This document shows positions 1-12,630 of a stretch of 64,000 nt of DNA, piece by piece. The notes below the pieces were generated by a model, which had not been told where the DNA came from, did not search any database, and worked only from the letters and a program-made list of their open reading frames with translations. The position numbers and the translations under genes were made by a program. The DNA lies in assembly GCF_000143415.4 (NCBI RefSeq), contig NW_003314346.1, positions 124,001 through 188,000 on the forward strand, written 5' to 3'. The first letter of the stretch is position 1; the number at the start of each line of letters is the position of its first letter. The stretch is from Selaginella moellendorffii (taxonomy: Eukaryota; Plantae; Lycopodiophyta).

Positions 1-689
1 ATGCCAAGGAGTGATGGAACCGGACCACGGAGCAACTCCTGAGCATATAGCCCAAGGAGCGAAGGGACAGGGGCCCGGAGCAACTTGGAACAGTCCTAGA
101 GCAACCAGCATCCCAATGCCAGGACCAGCACGCAAAACGGAGCCAAACAGAGTCTGGTGCTATTTCGGCATACCGGTGGCCTAACGCGAGGATATGGGTA
201 CTCCACCAACTAGCATGGAATGGAACTTGGGCTTAGACCCAAGCCGGACGCAGAACAAGGGCAGGCACGCAAGCGGGAGCTAGACTATGCCTCAGGTTGG
301 TCGGCCATGCCCGACCTACCCACTATCCCTACTATACATTTGGAACCCCCCATAGCCCCCCCCCCTTGAGGAACACACGCTTTGGGCTTTCACCCCAAGC
401 CTCCCTTAGTACCAGGAGTTAGTCTCTGGGACAAGCTCGAAACATACTAAATATGGAATGTCCTTAGAATGCGAATTTGGACACGGGACGAACACCATTG
501 TGTTCAGGCCGATCTCTACATTCTGTAGATATGCCAAATGAGCAAATCTGGACACTTTCCATAAATAGCATTTGGGACTAAAATGAGACTAACACAAAGG
601 GCATGATAGCGAGGGTGTTTGGCAGACACGGTAAGCTATCATCTAGCAATATTGAGGAACCAAGCTCAATATCGCGGGGGTTCCCAACA
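1..689 (-). mobile_element. LTR (partial) of an LTR retrotransposon, related to the LTR family at 59.8-63.1 kb
   Basis: The minus strand begins TGTTGGGAACC at 689. It carries motifs cctactatac-tttgg (~328-343) and acgctttgggctttcaccc (~377-395), which are the reverse complement of motifs at ~62078-62147 and lie in the same order. Confidence 0.55.
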
Positions 690-948
690 CTAGCAAGTGC
701 AAGCCAACATCATGAGTTTCTCATCACCGTGTCAAGTCTGCTTGACTAAATGACAACTTAGGATTTCCTTCCTTAGTGCCCTTCCGGTCTAAGTGCACAT
801 GTGATGACCAGTTTCTCAACTAGCTTAGGCAGAGACTAATAACGGGTCCAGCAATACCGACCTCCTGCCGTCGTGGCAGTAAGGTAAGAGTGTCCGTAAG
901 GACTAGCCGATAGGTAACTTTCGATACCCGAAGTCACATGCGCGACAC

Positions 949-3616
949 TTGGTCCACGACGACACAAGAGGAAAGGCTGTCCCTGTTAAGCTGGTCGAGA
1001 CTCTGCAAAGAGCAGTAGCAAAGGAGGAAGAGGAACTCCGCAAGAAGGCACTGATTGCTGTTTTCAGGGGGAAGTTCCCAACAGGTCGCATGGCTAACGA
1101 TTGGATAAATGCAACGCTGGGACAGGGAATCCTCATGAAGAAGATGCTGCCGGATGGGAAGGGCTGCTACATAGTTATCTTTGAGATAGAGGAGGCACGG
1201 TCTCAGGTGGAGGCCATGCATGGCCTCATTGACGACAATTGGGCAGTGTCATTCCACCCATGGATCTCGAGGTTCACGGCAGAGGACCAGGCACATCTCA
1301 AGGGCGGGAGCTTTCCAGTGAACATCGCATTGTGGGATGTTCCCATGGAAATGCGAATCACAATGGTGATCCAGGAGCTGGTCAAAGGAAGTATCGGCCA
1401 GATAGCGGCTGGCCTTGACACTGTAGAAGCAGAGGGTGTTCTAGGTCCCATCCGCCTCAAAGTTTTTGTGTCAGCCCCGGCTGGAATCCCGATAGAGATT
1501 GCAGTGCTGGGCTAGTATATCAGGATCCAAACGGAGAACTCAGAACCTAGATGCAACTTTTGTCAGCATACTGGACACCGAGAGGAGGCCTACTCAGTCA
1601 AGCGGAACAGGTTGGCATCCCAGAAGCCGTTTGAGTTACCTGTAGAGCATGAGCGGATCTTGAAGGCACGCCCTCCAGACCAAGCTCCCCACATTTGCTT
1701 CCCAGTTGCCACACCACTCTTGGGTTCATCCTCGCAGCCCAAACTGTTCGAGGGACCTATTACGGATGCCGAAGGGGATGGCTTCGAGCTGGTCCTCCCT
1801 CAAACAGTAGGAATGGCGGTCAGGTGGATTCCGCCTAAGCGGGAATTAAGTCCCACAGAGGTGGGAGATTGGCTGATGTGCCGTGGGAACACAGCTTTCC
1901 TAGAGGTCATCACCATTGGAGACTACCAAACACACATGGAGAGTGCTATCACTGAGTGGACGGGCTTTGCAAAATACACTGTCTGAGGCTTCTCCTGGAC
2001 AAAGTACAAGGGGAAGGCACTACAGTATAAAATCCTCCTCATGGGCCTCCAACTAGGTAACCAACCTTGGAGACTCATGTTTAGGCAGAACTTGTTGGCA
2101 ATCCGGCCCAAGCACAACACTGCAAGACCGTGGGAGGAGGATCCACGTTGGCTCTTTGCTGAGGGGCTGAAGCAAGTAGTCAAGGGTGGCACTCTAGTCC
2201 AGGGTTTTCTCAGGTTATGGAGCGCGTTTCCAGTCAGTAGGGAATTGCCAGAGCATGCGGAGGACTGGTTGAACCAGCCCCTATTCTTCAACGACCTCTT
2301 CAAGTTGGATGACAGGGCACTAGGCAGGGAGGACCACTACACAATCTGGAGAAAGCTACATAGCGTAGGCTTCCAAACGAGTCAGCTTTTGGGCTTGGAC
2401 ACGGGCATTTACAGCCCCAACACCAGCTTGGGAGGATAGAGATGTGGAAGTGTGGTTCGTTGTGTCTCCAGACCAAAATGTTGGGTGTCCTTTTCGGGTC
2501 TTGAGAGGTGACATGCTGCTGCCAGTAGGGGATGAACAGGTCATGCCGATGGTGACGGATGACGAAGTCAAGGGCAGGATTTGAGTAATACAACAGGCTC
2601 CAAAGCAATCGGTCGTGGTTCAATCATTGGCCACACTAGAGGGAGACGGCATTCTCAGATGGTGGCGACAGCAACTCATTGAGGATTTGGATTGGGACCC
2701 CGCAGCATGGAAATGAGGAGCGAGGAGCTTCTTCTCCTTTGGCATCAAGGAAGCAAGGGATGGTCTCTTGACTAGTAGGGAGGAGGTCTGAGGGGAGATC
2801 CCCAAGCTCTGGAAGAAACGGATTGAGCAAGGAGTTGAAGCAAATCAGGTGGTGGGCAATACGCTTGCATTCTGGAAACTACCGGTACAGGAGAAAGTCA
2901 AGGCCACTTCTTGGTTGGTGGCAAATAACGGGCTGCCAGTAGGGCAACAGTTCCAGGAAGAAGCATGCCAACGGTGCAAGGAGTGTGGCGAGCTAGAGAC
3001 AGCATGACATGCACTTTGGAAATGTGACATGGTGAGAGAAGTATGGTGACAGATCTTCAAGGCGATGGAGGAACTTGGAGACATTCCAGAGTTCGAGGCT
3101 CAGAGTGGGGATATCCTCTAGTGGTTTGAGGGAGCTAGAGGTCCAGCCATTGGTCCAGCTTGGAGGCGTATTCACTGCTACAGACAACACGGATGGAACA
3201 TGTGAGTCTGGTGAGACGCAATAGGGGCTGAAGTTGGGATGTCGATCTGGGAGGTGATGGGACAGGAGCGTTGGTCCATTTGGAGGGCAATAGGAGTGCA
3301 GGCACTTTGGGAGGCACGGAACAACTGTCGCTTTGATAGGCAACAAGTGAGAATATTGGCAGTGGTGGCATCATGGTGGAGACTCACTTTTGCAGTGGTA
3401 CGTCTTCACTACACCATCCTGAGAGAGTGGGTGAAACTAAGGCAGCTCGAGGAGTGGAGATCTAGGTGGCTCCCATGCTTCGGCACATTGGGAGGTGGCG
3501 AGATTTGCTGGCAATGGCACCCCCCAGACTCTGTTCTAAGGTCAACTCGTGGGGGAGACTTGGACATCGACATGATTCGCTTGAGACGACCACATCCACT
3601 TCTACTCCAGGACTAG
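949..3616 (+). mobile_element. Degenerate non-LTR (LINE, L1-like) retrotransposon: ORF1 plus the C-terminal part of ORF2
   Basis: ORF1-like frame 949-1986 is broken by one TAG (1513) and contains a zinc knuckle CNFCQHTGHREEAY (CX2CX4HX4C with last C>Y). Downstream fragments include QPLFFNDLF, a zf-RVT-like CQRCKECGELETA*HALWKC and ALWEARNNCRF. Stops and frameshifts occur throughout. Confidence 0.7.
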
Positions 3617-3739
3617 GTCCAGCTGTGACATATGAGGATCATGTAGAGAAGCTCATTGAGAGGGCGGCACGCCCAGCTTTTGTGGAATGTACATACACGT
3701 TCAGCGAGCTCGCCAGATTGCAGCATCGGGGGGTGTCTT

Positions 3740-3805
3740 TAACCCTAAATGCCTAAACGTGCCTAAACCCTAAAAACCCTAAACCCTAAACCCTAAAACC
3801 CTAAA
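3740..3805 (+). repeat. Interstitial plant telomere repeat (CCCTAAA)n, degenerate
   Basis: aaccctaaat gcctaaacgt gcctaaaccctaaaaaccctaaaccctaaaccctaaaaccctaaa. Confidence 0.9.
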
Positions 3806-6800
3806 GCCGACGAAGCTGTGGGGATTTGGACCATTCAAGATGTGGTTCATGATCTGTGAGCCCTTAATCAAAATCAGCAAGAGATGTAAGATGAAATGCA
3901 TGGCATGATGGATACCATATGTGGGCATGTTGAGACACTACAAGGCTGATTGTCCGCAATTGAAGAACAAGCAATAGGACAAGAAGAATGGCCAATCTTC
4001 TACTCACGGTAAGTCAGATACTAAAAAGTTGCAAACTTTGCAGCATGAGGATGATGAGAACGACCATTCTAGTCGGAGGAAGAGACTTTCGATCGTTGCT
4101 TGTCAACTCAACTATGTGTGGAACAAAATGGAGCTCGAGCATACCATGAATCAGCTTCAATGTTGGAGGGTGTGTTTTGTGGCGATCTAGTGTGGCTTTT
4201 ACTGGATAGTGGGAGCGATGACAACTTTGTTTCAGCAAAGTTTGTTGCGAAGCATGGCCTGGTCACACGTGGAGTTCTTCCATACACGGTGGAAAGTGCA
4301 ACTACCTTTGCTCAGCATTTTGATGCTTGTGTCGAAGGGCTAGAAGTGTTGGTTGGCAAAACCACACTTGTAGAGACTTTTTATCTTGCGGATATCCATC
4401 GTGTGGATTTCATTCTTGGGATGCCATGGTTGGTAAAGGTGAATTTAGAGATAAAGTGGAGTATTAAGTGTGTCTCGTTGGAGTATGATGGCATTAAAGA
4501 TGTGTGGTTTGGCGAGGGTGTTCAACCACCAGTTGTTATGCTCTTTGCTACATTTTTTAAGCGGACTTTTCATAATGGAAAAGCACTTTCAAGATACTTA
4601 CTGTTTGTTCGTGACTTGGGAAACCAAGGCACGTGTGGGGGAGAAGCAACAATATGGGATGTACTTAACGAGTTTTCTAATGTTTTTCCATCTGAACTTC
4701 CTCATGGGTTGCCTCCGTTATGAGGTTTGGAGCATGGGATTACATTGGAGCCGGGGACGCGGCCAATTTACCGACGTCCATTTCAGTTAAGTTATGCGGA
4801 GGAGCAAGAAGTTCAACGACAAGTCAAGGAGTTACTTGAGTTTGGATTTATTCAGCCAAGTAAGGATAAGATGCTGATGCCACATGTGGATGATATTCTA
4901 GACACGCTTGGTGAGGCACAAGTGTTTACCAAGATTGATTTGAGGAGTGGATATCATCAGATTGTAATGGATGATGCATCTATCTCCAAGACGGCATTCA
5001 ACACAAGCTTCGGACATTTTGAGTTTACAGTTATGCCGTTTGGTTTGACGAATGCACCAGCCATATTTGCTCGGTTGATGACGGAGGTATTTAGGCATTA
5101 TCTTCATGAGTTTGTGGAGATTTTCTTGGATAAAATTCTTGTTTTTAGCAAGAATATGGAGGAGCATAAGGTGCATTTGCGCAAGGTTCTTTTGTTACTC
5201 CGAGACAACAAAATTTATACGAAGAAGAGCAAATGTGAGTTTGCAAAGTCGGAGGTGGAATATCTAGGCCATATTATGACATCTAAGGGTGTCAAGACGG
5301 ATCCAAGGAAGGTGGCTGTGGTGGAAAACTAGCTTACACCGACTATAGTGGCCGAGTTGCATAGTTTTCTTGGTATGGCTAGTTACTATCGACGTTTCCA
5401 GCATAAGTTTGTAGAGGTGGCTATTCCTTTGATGCGGTTGTTACGCAAGAATGTGCCATTCAAGTGGAAGAAGCCATAAGAGGAGAGCTTTGTGGCGCTG
5501 AAACGATTGTTGAGCAAGACTCCAGTGCTTCGCATTGCTGATCCATCGGAACCTTACAAGGTGACATGTGATGTGAGTGGTTATGCACTAGGAGGAGTTC
5601 TCATGTAGAAGGATAGCCTATTGCATATGAGAGTCAAACTTTAAATTCCACAGAGCAACACTATTTCATATATGAGCAAGAGTTATTCTCTATTGTTCAT
5701 GCTTTGCAACGTGGCAACACTATCTTTATGGTGCAGTGTTCGTGGTGTTGATAGATCACAAACCACTTGTGTATCTTTTCACACAGAAGGAGTTAAACAT
5801 TAGGCAAGCTCGTTAGATGGTCAAACTCATGGAGTTTGGGGAGTTTCCTATTAAGCATCGTCTGGGAAAATCAAATGTGGTGGCAAATGCTTTATCTCGT
5901 GTTCATCATGTGATGACATTACAAACACAATTTTGTCATCATTTGAGTAAAGTGGTTAGCGAGTTTGGCAGTTGGTTGAGCATGCTCAAGCTCAGGATGC
6001 TGAGGTGGCCTCTTTGCGAGACTAAATAGAAGCCTCTTTCTCATTAGTGGATGGGATTCTCTACTACAATGGCTGTGTATATTTGCCATGGGTGGATGCA
6101 TTAATTACTCAAGTTTTATTCCACTATCATGATCATCCAGAGGCTGGTCATTTTGGGGGGAAGAAGACGTATGACTTGATTAAACACAATTTTTATTGGA
6201 GGAATATGAAGGTTGATATCCTCAAGTATTGTAAATCATGCGAGCTCTATCAATAGATTAAGGTGTCACAGGAGAAGCCGGGGGGACTTTTGCAACCTTT
6301 ACCTATTCCTCAGAGCCATTGGTGTAGTATCTTTATGGACTTCATCACTTGTTTGCCATAAACACATATACAAAAGGAGCAAGTATGGGTCATAGTGAAT
6401 CAGTTGACGAAGTATGTGCGGTTGTTGGCTCTTTGGAAGACTATCACTGCCTCAGACTTGGCTGCGGTTTACACTGAGAAGGTTTTTCCTGATTTTGGTT
6501 TGCTAGAGGACATCATTAGTGATTGAGATTCAAAGTTCACCAGTGGATTTTGGAAAAGCTTTGCAAAGGCTATGCAAGTGACTTTGAAACTCTCGAGTGG
6601 AGATCATCCTCAGACGAATGGGCAAACCAAGCGTGTGAATCAGGTGGTGGAGGATATGCTACATTGTAGCATTGGTCAAAGGCAAGGACAGTGGGATCTA
6701 TATCTTCTGTCGGTGCAATCTGCTTACAACAATAACCACCACAGTGGAACCAAGTTAAGTCCTTACTTTGCTATGTTTGGAAGGCATCCCCGAACAGTGG

Positions 6801-7754
6801 TGGAGTTGGGATTGCATTTGAGCAAGGACATTCAAGATAAGCTTGATTCCAAGGCCACTAATCTGGCTACAGAACTTGATGAGTTTTTGGTGGTGTGCAA
6901 ACGAAACTTGCAAGCAGCTTAGGATAGAGGGGAGAAGTTTACCAATGAGCATTGCCAATTCTAGGAATATAAAGTGGGTGATTTCGTCTTTATGCAAGTG
7001 ATCTTTCTGTCAAGTGAGCAGCAGACCACCTTAGTGCCTTTACGGACAGGGAAGAGTGATAAACTTTCCCATTGATATAGTGGTCCATATGAAGTGCTAG
7101 AGCGCATTGGTAAAGCGGCTTATCAGGTGTAGCTGCCAACTGGGGTGAAAATTCATCTAGTATTTTATGTTAACCAGTTGAAAGGTGTACTATCTTGGAA
7201 TGACAAGCCTAATGCCTCCTTGATGTATATAGCTGTGGAAGATGGACCAAGAACTTGAGCAAGGTTCCCCAGAAAGGGTGATCACTAGTACAACTCATCC
7301 TTAGAATAAGGACTTTGTTGGGGGGGAAGAATTGTTAGGCACCAGCTTTGACCACGTGGTCAACTTCGGTCAAAGGGAAGATCAAGGGTATATTAAGGCA
7401 TGATAGGGTAACTCACAGTGGAGCAGCGGCACAATGGAGCTTTTGAGGTAGTTCGGGGGTGGTTGGGTGGTGAGGAACCTTAAGAGGTGGCATAGCATAG
7501 TCTAGGGCGACTAGATCTTTGTCTTTTTGTGCCGAATCATAACATTGTCTCTAGTGAACTCCACTAGTGGGATCAAAAGCTGGTGGAAGACCCAGGAAAG
7601 GTTTGTCAGCCTCGTTTTCGAGCTTCTTCTGTGAACCTAGTTCGGTTTCACCATCGGGTTCAAAGTTGATAACCAAGGTATGTTGGCGGAGAAGCAGGGT
7701 GTGATGAACGATTGAGGTAGCCAGGTCTTCAACCCGGGAGCTGCATGTGTCTTC
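3806..7754 (+). mobile_element. 5'-truncated, degenerate Ty3/gypsy LTR retrotransposon (gag remnant, PR-RT-RH-INT, PPT, 3' LTR)
   Basis: Knuckle remnant HYKADCP (~3935); protease LLDSGSDDNF; RT TKIDLRSGYHQI...MPFGLTNAPA...FLDKILVFS; integrase HDHPEAGHFG...CKSCEL and HPQTNGQT in gypsy order; many stops. Polypurine tract at 7320-7331 followed by TGTTAGG at 7333. The LTR 3' end is approximate. Confidence 0.9.
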
Positions 7755-8631
7755 ATCCACCAGAAGAAGAGATCCATTGGCAGGCTCTGAAGAGCTCTTT
7801 CTTTCTGCCGGTGGGAGATCAAGCCTCGGGCAGTGATGGAGGCCACCATTGGAGTGACAGTGGCCTCCTCGATCTCCGGCGGGCTCAGCTCAAAGCTGGA
7901 GCGGGAGCTGAGGCTCTGGGAGTGATGGAGCCTACCTTCGGAGTCCTTGATTTTCTTCCGCTTCCTGCCAGCATTATTCTTCTCCCGGGTGAGCTCACTC
8001 TTGGCCCAGGTGAGATCCTTGCCACTGGAAACATCACGGAGCAGCACATCATAGGAGAAGCTCCAGCTCATGCAATGATGATCCTGGGAAAGGTCTCGTC
8101 CACGCTTTAAAATTTGCTAGAATATGCTGGCTTGAGAACAATAAATATAACAAGTTTGCCATGCACACAATCTCATAGTGTGTTTTCCACGTTGGGCACT
8201 TGTTAAAGCAGGGCTCCTGTTCAGCATGAACTTGTACACCAGGAGGTCACAGTTGTGGAGCTTGAAGAAGGCGTAGAGCTTGATGATGTTCCTGGCCAAT
8301 AACAATCTCATTTTTTGCCAATACTTTTTTGACTTTTCAGTTCTTTTATTATCTCTCTCTCTCTCTCTCTAGATGTGGAAGATCAAGCTGGCGTTTGTGG
8401 CAGAGAGGTCCATGGTGGGGAAGAACTTGGAGTGCATTCTTCTCCACTACCCAATGTGACTATGGATGAGTGTATGCCACTGTTCAAGTGCCATGGCCTG
8501 GATGGCGAGAGGATGGCACAAATTTTGGCTTGAGAAGGATATTTAAATACTTGTTCCACTTTTTTGTTGACCCTTCAAAATAGTATCTGTATTAATGCTT
8601 TTTCTCATCCTTCCACTACTAATGTTTAGTA

Positions 8632-8715
8632 GTTTAGGGTTTAGGGTTTAGGGGTTTAGGGGTTTAGGGGTTTAGGGTTTAGGGGTTTAAACCCTAAACC
8701 CTAAACCCTAAACCC
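8632..8715. repeat. Inverted interstitial telomere repeats (TTTAGGG/TTTAGGGG)7 >< (AAACCCT)~4
   Basis: Seven TTTAGGG(G) units, a palindromic centre GGGTTT|AAACCC at 8688/8689, then AAACCCT units. Confidence 0.95.
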
Positions 8716-9900
8716 ATCCATCCAACGGTTGTCCAGTTGTCGGCAGCCACATGGAGATGCAGGTGAATATTCCTTTCTCTGGAAGAATTAGGGTTCTTGG
8801 AGTGTCGCGGGGAGTAGGGAGATGAGCATAGTCCACAACTCATGGTGCCAGCAGCATCCACACCAGCCGTTAGTGTTATTGACAGAGTGGATATTAAGTA
8901 GGTCTACCAGAATAGACTACAAGCAACCTTTAACCTGCAAACTAAGTTGGAAAGTCAGTCAGGACCTTTAGTCCCAAAGCTTGAATTGTCTCTGCTACAT
9001 TTCCTTGGCAACATTTTCCATCTCTCTCATAGTCCAGTGATTTCGTGTACTCCATGAGCTGAACTCGATGATCACTGCATTTGCCCAGAGAGGGCAACAG
9101 CATGGATTTCCAGCACGAAGCACGTACGTACAATGTGGGCACCCAGAAAACGCCAAATCAATCTTTGCCATCATGGAGATCTGAATGACCCTTTCCTGAA
9201 CAAGAGTGCTCTGGTACACACAAGCTCAGATTGTCAAACACCTTGACCTCGTCAAAACACCTTTCAGGTGACCTTCAGGACACCTTTTCAGCTTCTTTTT
9301 CTCCATTTACATCATTGAAAAGATTTTCAATAGTGCCAGGGGAGATGCTCATATCATATATATATCCCATTGATGTAATAGGTTCTTCCACCTCCCCATC
9401 CTCTGGCGGTGCAGTGTAAGATAAAATGCACAATGAACTTAGAAATGAGGTCGCTTTTGTGGATCGTTATCCTCATCATCAAGCATATCACACAGCTCTG
9501 CAAAATGGAGAAAATGTCCAGGACTCAATAGATACACAAAATAAACTTGCCTCTAGCACATCATGTTCCCAAGAACCTAGTGGCAGCTGTGGCAATTTAG
9601 AATAAAGACGATGAACTCCTAGCTTCAATGTCACTAAAATTAACGTCTTGCTCTCATCTTTGTAGCTTCCAACAATGGCTTTACAAGCCTCTACCAAACC
9701 TGCGAAAGAAACGTCTTTATTATCATAGTACAAAGAAACAAGCAAGAGCTTATCACTGTTTTGATTTGTGTTCCTAGGATTGGCCGTAAATCACCAATGG
9801 TAGACCTGGATATTTCTTCTGAAGCAATCGCCTCCATTCAACCGTCAGCTTAGCCCATTTTTCCTGTATCTAAGACCACACAGCTCTTGAAACAAGTGAT
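8716..9900 (-). pseudogene. Decayed Cys-rich coding remnant of unknown family (possibly transposon-derived)
   Basis: Several broken minus-strand frames (GCPHCTYVLRAGNPCCCPLW; SCGLCSSP) with stops, ending at the telomere tract. No family recognised. Confidence 0.25.
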
Positions 9901-10329
9901 GGCAGACTAGCTCATTTTTCCTACATCACATTTGGACGTTTTGAGACAACGCAAGAACAGTAAAACACACATCACGAGTGCAGGTCATAACTGACAGTAG
10001 ACTATTAGGTCATAGCCACCACAGAACACGGATGGTAAAACCTGTTAGACTGGCCACATGTTACAACAAGGTTAAGCTTGAACTGCATCCTCTGTTTGAC
10101 CAAAACCAAAACCGACCAAAGGACGTGGCATGGAGCTGAGCTGGCAGGGGATTCTTGGGGTCTTGATGGATTGATGAGGGGTGGTGCCAGTGCTCTGCAC
10201 TTTACAAGGAGAATCGTCGCATTGACAGCAGCCACCATGTAGAAAAATGGCTCGAGTAAATAGTCAGCCGTATTATATCAACTCCTTTCATACAAGAAAC
10301 AAATAGAGCTCGAGGGATCATGAAATTTG

Positions 10330-12614
10330 TCACACGATGCTTGGGGGATCGCCAGTCCAGTTCGACGTTGCCCTTTGCCATCTCGTCCGGATGCAGTCGG
10401 TCAACGGCGCATGCTGAGCCGGTTCCTCTCTCTTGTCATCACTCTGCGTGTTCTCCTCTACTGCAGGCCCTTCCACGGTCATCATGGACTCTGGTGTCCA
10501 CCTCGGAGGAACAGCAACCTTGAGCTTGGTCAGTCTTGGCCTCTGCTGCATCACGTCTGCCGCGCCTGCACTGCTGCTGCCGCTGCTGCCCGCTACAGTC
10601 TTCGCGATACCGTTGAAGTGATACAACTCAAAGTACTTCTTCCCCATTGACCCCTCTTCGTCTTTGAGGCCGCCTCTACTCTTTTCAAGGTGCATCAAGC
10701 TTTGCCACAAGTCGTTCCAGATCACGATGTCACTGCTGCAAAGATTGTCTAGAACCTGCTGTGGCATGTCAACGTTGGTGTCGATTAGAACCTGCTGTAG
10801 TGCCTCCAGGCTAATAAATCCTCCTCCCCCGCTTTGATCCTGGGCATCAAACGCCCTACGGATGGTAAACTCCCTAGCCTCGACCTCGTTCTCGTCTTGA
10901 ACGCCCGTGTCAAGAGCAAAAAGGACCGTGTAGTGGGACTCGCTGCCTACCACCCAGATTGGCCACTTTGGTCGCTTCAGGTACTGACCAACTTTGCAGA
11001 AGTTGAGAGACTCTAGCAGAGTTAAAAATCCCACTTCCACGTTGGACGGGATTCCCTTGAGGCTCATGCCACCCCCAAGGTCGTAGTTCCCGTCAAACAC
11101 ATTTGCAACAGCCTGGCCGCAGAGCAGCAGGTTTACAATCTCCTGCAAGAGACGAGCAAAGAGAGGTCAGGCCCACGAGAAAAAAGGAGATGGTTTCCTA
11201 ACAGCTTAAGAGCACAGCAAATGGGTAGGGCAGACAAGAAAAGAAGAGAGTAGCGTAATCCTTCCGCAGAAGCTCCAGATTACAAAACCTGGACCAGCAA
11301 AAACTGGTATTAGACTGCTACCAAGATGCAAGCTCACGCAGGGCTCGACTCTCTGTGTTATTCTCCTCCCACACTTTTTCGCCAATCACGCAGCTGTAAA
11401 TGATATGCTCCGAAAACGTCACCGTACCTGAGATGCATGACCAAATGGAGGAGTAACCAGAGGTTGAACTGGATCATCCCGGTCCGACTGGACAGCGTCC
11501 TGGATGTGGAACAAGAAAGTAATGCTTGCATGAATCAAATAGACGAGACATACCAGGCCCCTTGATAGCAGTGCCGAGAAGAGAAACAAGAGAGCACCCA
11601 TACGACTCCTGAACCCAGCAATCCTCTCCTGGATTTGCTGATAAAGGGTAGACAGTGACAAGACTGTGCATATTCTAACAGCTTCGCGCAGTCCGGTGGC
11701 CGAATCCAGAGCCACGCTTTCCAAAACCTGGGCAGCACCATCAGTATCAGCATATGTGCAAACCAACACCGTACTCTGTCTTGCTCTTCCTCGCTAGCGT
11801 CTGGTATGTCCATAACAGCCAGCACAGCTCTTTGGTTTCCTCCTGCTCGCCATAGCGTCTCAGCCATCGCTTGAATCAGCGCACTAGGGAAGATACAGAC
11901 AGTTAACGAAACACAAACGACAAGTTCTCTACCTGGTTCGTTCGGAGTCCTGGAATTCAAGCTGGGAAGCATCTCGCTTGTTAGGCACGAAGAGAAGATA
12001 CTTGAGCAGGGTGGCCTGGGAGGGACAAAACGCACGATCCAATTCTCTCATCCAGAGTACAGACTAACTTGATACCTGAATGGTTGCGAGCACGCCGCAA
12101 GGACCACCCTCATGCTGTACGAGTCCCAGTGATGTCTCCAGGTCGGAGCTAAACCTTTTTTTTTTTTTTTTTTGAGCAAAACGAGAAGAAGGTGAAGGGA
12201 GCGCGGAGAGAAGAAAGGTGGTTACCTGAATCCTTGGTTGCACCACTGCGCAAGGACTTCCCTGGTGACCTGAGGCCCAAAAACCATTTGGTGTAACTGC
12301 TCAGCAACAGGAAGAGGCAGCTCTTCTCCAGCTTTGGTGTTGCTGGAACTGCAACTGGAAGAAGAGGGGGGAGTAGCAGCAGCATTACCAGAGCCTTCCA
12401 GCTCCCTCGTGATGGAAGGAGTCGGGTTTCCAGCCGCGGACAGCCTCCGCTTCTCGGCAGCAGCGGCCCGGATCTCTCGCTGGAGCCTGCGTTGCGATGC
12501 TTCGTCGGGCGCCTCGGCAGTGGTGTCCCGCGACTTGGTTCGCTTTGCCTCCGGCCCAGGCTGCAAGCTCATCCGAAAAGCCCTTTGGAGCTCCTCGTCA
12601 TCCAGCGCTTCCAT
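10330..12614 (-). CDS. MINDY3: MINDY-3/4-family (FAM188/DUF4205) deubiquitinase with N-terminal UIM-like motif, multi-exon
   Basis: DDEELQRAFRMSLQ (UIM-like); catalytic Cys motif GLVQHEGGPCGVLATIQ; His motif WVVGSESHYTVLF; EF-hand-like AFDAQDQSGGGGFI; C-terminus CIRTRW...WTGDPPSIV; GT-AG introns. Confidence 0.88.
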
Positions 12615-12630
12615 CTGTTCCTCCTCCGCC

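Noticed and set aside
7637-8530. Coding-like fragments between the gypsy LTR and the telomere tract (one weakly mTERF-like: KIKLAFVAERSMVGKNLECILLHYP)
   Set aside because: Short and interrupted, with no assemblable gene model or confident family.
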